This document shows, piece after piece, positions 24,982 to 31,815 of a stretch of DNA of 31,815 bases. The stretch lies in NCBI GenBank assembly GCA_003344405.1, contig NOWV01000243.1:62001-93815 (forward strand), written 5' to 3'. How positions within the stretch are numbered: the first letter of the stretch is position 1; each line of letters opens with the position of its first letter. Source of the stretch: Trichoplax sp. H2 (Eukaryota). The notes beneath the pieces were generated by a model. The model did no database searches. It had not been told where the DNA came from and saw only the letters and a list, made by a program, of their open reading frames with translations. The position numbers and the translations under genes were made by a program.

Positions 24982-25260
24982 GATCAACGAGTAGAACTCC
25001 AATCGCTGTCGATAATCCCCAACCACCTTAGGCAGTGAACAACAACAACAAGACTACAGTATAGTCGATCTCTTCTCTCTTTAGTAGTCCCTGGCAACCG
25101 TAGATTTACCTTTTACCCAAGGCCTACCAAGCATACGTGAGAGCAAATTTCATCGAGGTTTTGCCTCTACCGTATGTATGCATTCTACCGATTGATGTTT
25201 TGCAGTACTGTACTGTAGGACATCTTGAGTCACATACAATATACGGTACTAAACGCTATT

Positions 25261-25610
25261 CCTCTGGAGTCCAGTTTGGACACTATACCTGGAGATCTTC
25301 ATCGTCTGATCTGGACCTTGGTCTGTTAGCCGAAGAGAATTCCAAGATGGCCTAGGCCAGGGACTCCTGTACTCAGTTAAGAATTCTCTCTCAAAAGATA
25401 TAAGGGAAATTGTTTTAATTACCACCTTTGAAGGAGAATTCTTGGTTGAGTAGTCCCTGCCTAGACCAGTGTCTGTACCTCTATACTTTGATCCTCGCTT
25501 CCTAGCCACTGCACAGTCCACACGGATTCTACGGCTTAATGCAGCGGGAATCCATCAGAGGGTTTCCTTCAAAACTCCTATCAAAATGGCGCATTGCAGT
25601 CTATGCTTTA
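25261..25610 (+). ncRNA. Candidate structured ncRNA (~300-350 nt, multi-stem; 7SK-like motifs, identity unproven)
   Basis: Nested complementarity: long hairpin 25349-25397/25425-25467; enclosing stem ttagccg..agaattcc/ggattct..cggct; 5' stem gtccag/ctggac containing two GATC; outer cctctg/cagagg or GGAGT/ACTCC. The region is more GC-rich than its surroundings. Strand is uncertain. Confidence 0.35.
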
Positions 25611-25684
25611 TAGGCAGACCTCATAGTTCTAGTATCTTTTGATTGACTGACTGCATCGCTATTTAGGCGCAGTAGAACCACCGG

Positions 25685-26257
25685 GTTCAAGATAATGTGA
25701 TGAAATGTCTCAAACGATGGCATTGCCAAACTACAACTCCTCTACAAAATTTTAGCTAATGCCATTCAGATTTTAGGTATGCATCTAAAAATCTGGATAG
25801 AATTAGCTGCAACTTTGTACAATTCTATTTAGATTTTAGGTGTGCATCAAAAAAGTCTGGATAGAAATGGCTGCAATTTTGTACAATTCTATTCAGACTT
25901 TAGGCATGCATCTAAAAATCTGGATAGAATTAGCTGCAACTTTGTACAATTCTATTCAGATTTTAGGTGTGCATCAAAAAAGTCTGGATAGAAATGGCTA
26001 CAATTTTGTACAATTCCATTCAGACTTTAGGCATGCATCAAAAAAGTCAGGATAGAAATGGCTGCAATTTTGTACAATTCTATTCAGACTATAGGCATGC
26101 ATCAAAAAATCTGGATAGAATTGGCTGCCACTTTGTACAATTCTATTTCGATTTTAGGTATGCATCAAAAAATCTGGACAGAATTGGCTGTAACTTTGAG
26201 AAGAGTTCTAGCAAGGAAATGCCATCGTTTGAGACGTTTCAGCACATAATCTGAAAC
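25685..26257. mobile_element. Foldback/MITE-like non-autonomous element: ~60-70-bp imperfect terminal inverted repeats around ~7 copies of a 59/60-bp unit
   Basis: Left gttcaagataatgtgatgaaatgtctcaaacgatggcatt.. is the near reverse complement of right ..aatgccatcgtttgagacgtttcagcacataatctgaaac. The internal unit is attcagattttaggtatgcatctaaaaatctggatagaattagctgcaactttgtacaattct. Confidence 0.7.
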
Positions 26258-26654
26258 ATCAAGTAAAAATCTGAAGGATCTGCTGTACGCTTGTTGTAAT
26301 TCTGTATTAAGGATAGGTATTACTAATCAGGCTGTCTTAAATAACGCACCATCTCCTATATTGCTAATTGAACCCTTAAAGCCTTCCTAATTTAACTTAA
26401 AGTAAGGACAGTTAACTGTCTTCTACTTTGGCCTAATTGAACGCAATATAATAATCCTTTCAATAAGCTAAAGTAGGAGCTAGGGATTATTCCCTCATTA
26501 AAGACAGCTAGGTAATGCTAATTAATGGGTACAATACCCATTATAGCTCAGTATCAACTATTACATTCGGTAGAAGTGGCTGTTTTCAGTTCTAGTTGGT
26601 AGGTTTAAGTGATTTCGTCCGCAGAGAAAAGTATTTGATTGTAAATAAAGGATC

Positions 26655-27433
26655 GTCAATACACATCGTTTCAGCGCACTGACTAACCGGAATACCTAAG
26701 CAGAGCGATTTTTGAGAAATGGCAGCATAGAATTACAACAACTGTTAGTAACGCAGACTTACAGTCATTCACAAGAACGAACGTATAAAATTGATAAATC
26801 AATGTCAATTAATAGACGTTTAGTAACGCTTAAATTACAATTATAGAGATTTATCCCATACGAGTCGATTTTGAACGAAGCCTTGAAGTATCTAATGCAC
26901 GTAAGCAGCTTCTCTCTTTTAGAAAGGTAGTTTTTAATTCTATATTCTATATAGGAAGTAATTTAGTCTTACTACTTCTGGCTTACAATCAGTAGGCAGG
27001 TGTACTATAATGATTAATTAATCTGCAAATCATCTTTATTCAGTCAATACTCATCGTTTCAGTGTACTGACTAACCGGAATACCTAAGCAGAGCGATTTT
27101 TGAGGAATGGCAGCATAAAATTACAACAACTGTTAGTAACACAGACTTACAGTCATTCACAAGAACGAACGTATAAAATTGATAAATCAATGTCAATTAA
27201 TAGACGTTTAGTAACGCTTAAATTACAATTATAGAGATTTATCCCATACAAGTCGATTTCGAAACGAACCCTTGAAGTATTTAATACGCGTAAGCAGCTT
27301 CTCCATTTTAAAAACGTAGTTTTAATTCTATATTCTATACAGGAAGTGATCTAGTCTTACTACTTATGGCTTACAATCAGTAGGCAAGGTGTCCTATAAT
27401 GATTAATTAATCTACAAATCTTCTTTATTCAGT
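26655..27433. repeat. Two-copy tandem duplication, ~388-bp unit
   Basis: Highly similar copies start at 26655 and 27043 (gtcaatac.catcgtttcag..ctgactaaccggaatacctaagcagagcg…). Confidence 0.95.
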
Positions 27434-29400
27434 GAACTTATCACTCATTCTTCTCACACAAAATCAACTGATTGAAACCAATAACGACGAGTACACCTAC
27501 TATAACATTGTAAGCATCAACATTTCTATAAACTCTATTAATTTAGGTAACATAATGCCGTAACAGGTCTATAAAACGCTAGTTTGGAAAATTGATCGAC
27601 CATATATACAAACGTTTCTAATTTCAACATTTCAACGTAGTGCTTGTAACATTCGTAGCTTCAACGTTGCATAGTGCTCTATAAATCACAGCAATATTGA
27701 ACAGGAATCAGCATGAATAAATGTATCCAAATTTTATTTCTCTTTAACCCTAAATTCTGTTCACAAAGTTATGCTAGGTTATCTGATCGCAAATGATAGC
27801 CCTGCTCCAAATTTTAAAGTTACAATATGAAAACATGACAGTAAAGAGACTCTACATTAGGGCTCGTCAGATATGAACTCTTGAATCGCAACTATCACCA
27901 ACATGATTTATTTTGGTTGCTAATGGCTGCGTCTACCGTTTGATTCATAAAAAAAAAATGGAGTTAAAATACCTTACACCCAACCAAAAGTATTTTTTAT
28001 ACAGAGTAATCCCTATGTAGGTATTAGAATTAAAACTGCTTTGATATACAATATTCTAGCTAGTAGACGAATATAATTTTTATCAAAAGCGAGATTAAAG
28101 TTATCGATAATGCTCATTAGCATATCTCAAAGAAGAGCTTGTGTTAACGCAGTCTGCTCAAGTTAATAATATAAATTAAATTCTATTATAGTCAGTTATG
28201 CTGTACAGCAACATACTTTGATATACTGGTACAAGTATACCGCACATCCATCGTAAATAGCGATATAATAAGTTAAAATAGTTTGAGACTGGAGGTAAAT
28301 AGTCTTTGCTAACTTGCAGTTAGTAGGTGAACCAAATTGTGTCATAAAACGAAGTCGATATGAAACGGTAGCTCTTGCTGTAATATACAGATGTACTTTA
28401 TTAATAATACTACGCAATAATGTAGCTAAATTCATCTTATGACCTAAATTAAATTGAAAGCATTCAGTCATCAAGATCGAAGTAAAGTCTTATTCCCATT
28501 CAAGATGAGAAATACTAACTGAAATATTATAGCCATACGTTAGCATTGTTGGAAAATGTTATTCTATCAAGTCCATACAGTGCCATGATAGTACCAGAGT
28601 AGAGGGTTATAGAGTAATGGCAAATTCAGAAAATAAGTCTGTTGTAATAATAGTTATCGTGATTCCTTTGTAAGAGAATAAACAAACAACATTATAAATT
28701 TTATGTCATATCAGCTTTTATTCTTTTTTTAATTCTGATAATCAGGTGAAGGGCAAGTTATTAACATTGCTTGACTGATTAATTAATTAAGCAGCATGTA
28801 TATAGATGAGACTTTAATATAGATGATATAATAGCTAGATTGTTAACAACCTTAATGCATAATTAGGATTTGGTTATTGATTAAATCGCAAAAACCAACA
28901 CTAATAGGGATACAGAGAATAATTCGGCAATTTATTTCTTCTCTATGCCGTATACATGATTATATTTCTATTTGTTATATATTTTTATTTATGATATTAT
29001 TACAATCAATAGCATTCTGATTTATACTATATCAACGTAGATGCTCAGGCAGACAATTTTTGCATGATATAGACAATTTTTTTATATTCTCCGTAGATCG
29101 ATAATGTCGGAGTAGAAGAATTCTTGGATGAGTCTATGTAACCTTATCTATCTCTCAATCATGTTATAGTCCTCAGTATATTCCTTCCCTAACTAGTTTT
29201 TATGTTTCTTACAGTATAATTTTAATTCATTCAGGTATTATTTACCGGTATATTGAAATAAATATTTTTAAATCAACCATGTAAAAGTTATATAATATTT
29301 TGGAATATTTTATGTTTTAGTAATCATATCTCTAAAGCAATTTTAAGTTTGATTGCTTTTTAGGCTGACGTCCATTAGATGCAATAGAACCAAAATGTAC

Positions 29401-29778
29401 CTAGTTTACAACCTTTTTGTTTATTTTTGTCTTTACTTGGTTCCTTATCTTTATCATTTTCTTTCTTGCCAGCTTCTTCAAGAAACTTCTGTTTTTGTTT
29501 TCTCATTTCCTCTTGCTCTTGTAGCAATTTTTGCTGTTGCTCAACCTTTTGCTTTTGCTTTTCATATTCTTCATTGTCTTGCTGTTGTTGTTGTTGTTGT
29601 TGTTGTTTTTGCTGCTTTAACAAATCAGACTGTTCGCTATCATCCCCGTTATTCTTATCATTTTCACTGGATTCTCCATGAATTTTATCATCTTGACTAG
29701 AGTTATCATTTTCGCTTGTGGTTTCATTATCGTCTCTATCGTCGCCTTTTTCGTCAACTCGACTTGGAGGTTTGGCAG
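29401..29778 (-). CDS. Internal exon of an unidentified gene: acidic, polyQ, coiled-coil K/E/Q-rich segment
   Basis: Acceptor tttag at 29779, donor GTACAT at 29400, a 378-nt phase 1-1 exon. A possible terminal exon is 29142-29045 (GYIDSSKN..QKLSA*), low confidence. Confidence 0.65.
29582..29606 (-). repeat. (CAA)n microsatellite encoding polyglutamine
   Basis: ttg repeats on the + strand; KQQQQQQQQQD in the - strand frame. Confidence 0.9.
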
Positions 29779-31747
29779 CTAAATCAATGACGATAAACAA
29801 AACCAGAATCAACATCGTCATCAATTTCATCATTAACAATAACTAATGCATTCGATAACATCATAATTGCATTAATGGAATAAATTTAATCACGTCATAG
29901 TAGGAGCAGATTACGTAAAATAATACAAATTTGAAAAACATCGATTGTATATTATCATGCAGTTTAGAAAAATTAAGGCGAAGCAATTCATTTGACTAGT
30001 TATACGTACTGTATTCAACAATTATAGTTTTCTCTTAAATCCTTTTGTTTAATCATACTTTACGAATAGCTTAAGTGAAAACCAAGCTAGACTATTGGAG
30101 CACTATCATTTAACTATTTGACATAATCAGATCTCTTTATTGAAATAGGTCATTAAGAAAATACTTCATTAACTCTAATACCGACGTAATTAAGTAATTA
30201 CGTATATAATATAATGGAATCTTTTCAAAGAATTGAGCAACAGAAATTATAAACTGCATTTCAACAAATAACTAACATAAATACTTAAAGTAACCATAGT
30301 TCAATTGCAATGGAATGCTAGCCTAATTATACTTAATAGTCACTAAAATAACGTTGATTCGACTATTCTTAGTTATGATGATTAGAATCATCGTAAATAT
30401 CTTTGTATATCATATGGACAAATGCAAGATGGTGAAATTAAATGTTCTAGATGATGTTTTAGTAAAGAACATCTGCTTTTGTCTACTCTTTAGAAAATGC
30501 AGAATAATTTCATATAGCTTCGATCAGAACATGGTAAATTTAAATTGAAAAATGCGAGGAATACTATGGCTAAATTTAAGTTGAAATCATCTCGTATTTC
30601 GACTATTTCAATATTATTAGTAGGTTAATCAGTTATTTAATCCTGAGTAACTTATTTTCATTAGCAAAGCAGTATAATTGTTGTTATATACCATAGACGA
30701 AAAAGAAAAAAAGGTAAAGAAATTACTGCCTATATTAAATAGGCGCAACTTGTCACTGTCTTACTGTAACTACTGTAGAAATCATCTCTATCTTAGGTGT
30801 AATAAAGTATAAAGGATAAGAAAACAAATTCAAGATTATGGAAATGATCGACTTGTTAATAGCAAAGTACTCAGTCATTCATTAATAATTCTTATAGTGA
30901 TGGTCCAATTCAAATTGAAGGTTAAAACTAACAATGAAACCGGTATATTATATAATTATAATTGATTATATGTTATCAGACAGGCTTTATTAGCAATAAT
31001 AATTAAAAAGGTTTTCATTTATCCCTTCTTCTGATGACATTTAGGCCCACATAAAGTAATAGTTATTCTATATCTCTTTGTAACACCACAAAACAAGAGT
31101 AGGGAAAGTTACTTCCTTTCGATAGATTTGATCTAGTGATTAAGAATCTAAAATTTTAACTATTAATTTTTAAAACACTTTACTATTATCGCCACTGACT
31201 TACTTTGTATGACAGATTTGCGAATGCATTAGCATTTCAAAATTGGATTGCAAAATCTACCACTAAACTAAATAGACTTAAATGCATATGTATTCTCACG
31301 TGAATTAGCTGCAACCAAAGCTATATCAAACTATTATTATACTGCGAGTAAGTAAAAATTATTAAGCAATCACAAAACGTATTGCTCTATCTAACTATAA
31401 GTATCAGTCGTTACAATCCATAATACATTTCATGTGAATGAAGTAAACAAAGTTTATGGTGTTGTTTTCGAAAATCAGAAATTCCTACTGAATCAATTGT
31501 ACTGCACAGACTTCAAAGTAAATATTTAATGAAAAACGATATTTGGCAACTTGACAAAATATTTAATACAGTATTTATTTTAATTATTCAAATTTTTTGT
31601 ATTCGAATATTAAACACTTGGCGTTACTCTATGAACTTAGCATTGATTGCAAACTCAATGTGAGAAAGACCATTTCACCACTATATTATATGTAGATAAT
31701 TAAATTTTAATCCGTAACATAAAAATGTATCAATAATATAGCCTTAC

Positions 31748-31815
31748 CAAGTTCCTTTCGTTCTGGCGTCAATTCATTAAATGCGTTTCTTGATTTCAAC
31801 ATGTCTTCTAATGTA
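31748..31815 (-). CDS. Partial upstream exon of the same unidentified gene (TLEDMLKSRNAFNELTPERKEL), truncated by the window edge
   Basis: Open frame ending at a strong phase-1 donor G|GTAAGG, compatible with the phase-1 acceptor at 29778. Confidence 0.5.

Noticed and set aside
25279..25495. U3 box-A-like CTATACTTT and RNase P/MRP P4-like pairing in the structured element
   Set aside because: The motif is internal with no C/D boxes, and the GAAAGUC/GAAGGUC consensus is absent. The pairing is explained by a simple nested stem.
25764..26197. 59/60-bp array as a CRISPR array, or ORFs 25840-26254 as coding
   Set aside because: There are no unique spacers, the context is eukaryotic, and the ORFs are by-products of the repeat.
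27745..27753. TAACCCTAA, a telomerase-template-like 1.5 repeat
   Set aside because: A 9-mer like this is expected by chance in 32 kb of AT-rich DNA, and no supporting pseudoknot or H/ACA structure was seen.
29779..29839. Hydrophobic 'signal peptide' at the start of ORF 29375-29839
   Set aside because: It is most likely the T-rich intron end before the acceptor at 29779.

Overview
AT-rich, intron-containing eukaryotic DNA. It looks like a compact early-branching animal genome, probably placozoan (inference from composition and gene structure only). Hand-built gene models: a 5-exon NIFK/Nop15 RRM gene (+); two tandem 4-exon HP1/CBX genes (chromodomain + chromoshadow, -); an intronless CNC-bZIP (Nrf1/Nrf2-family) gene (-); a 5-exon protoporphyrinogen oxidase PPOX (-); and the 3' part of an unidentified acidic/Gln-rich gene entering from the right edge (-). 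Most notable: the CNC-HP1 linkage reproduces the vertebrate NFE2-HNRNPA1-CBX5 and NFE2L3-HNRNPA2B1-CBX3 blocks that flank Hox clusters. A decayed hnRNP A/B-like RRM remnant appears to sit where that synteny predicts it, head-to-head with HP1. There is also a multi-stem structured element with 7SK-like motifs upstream of PPOX, a foldback-like element with an internal 59/60-bp array, and several tandem duplications.
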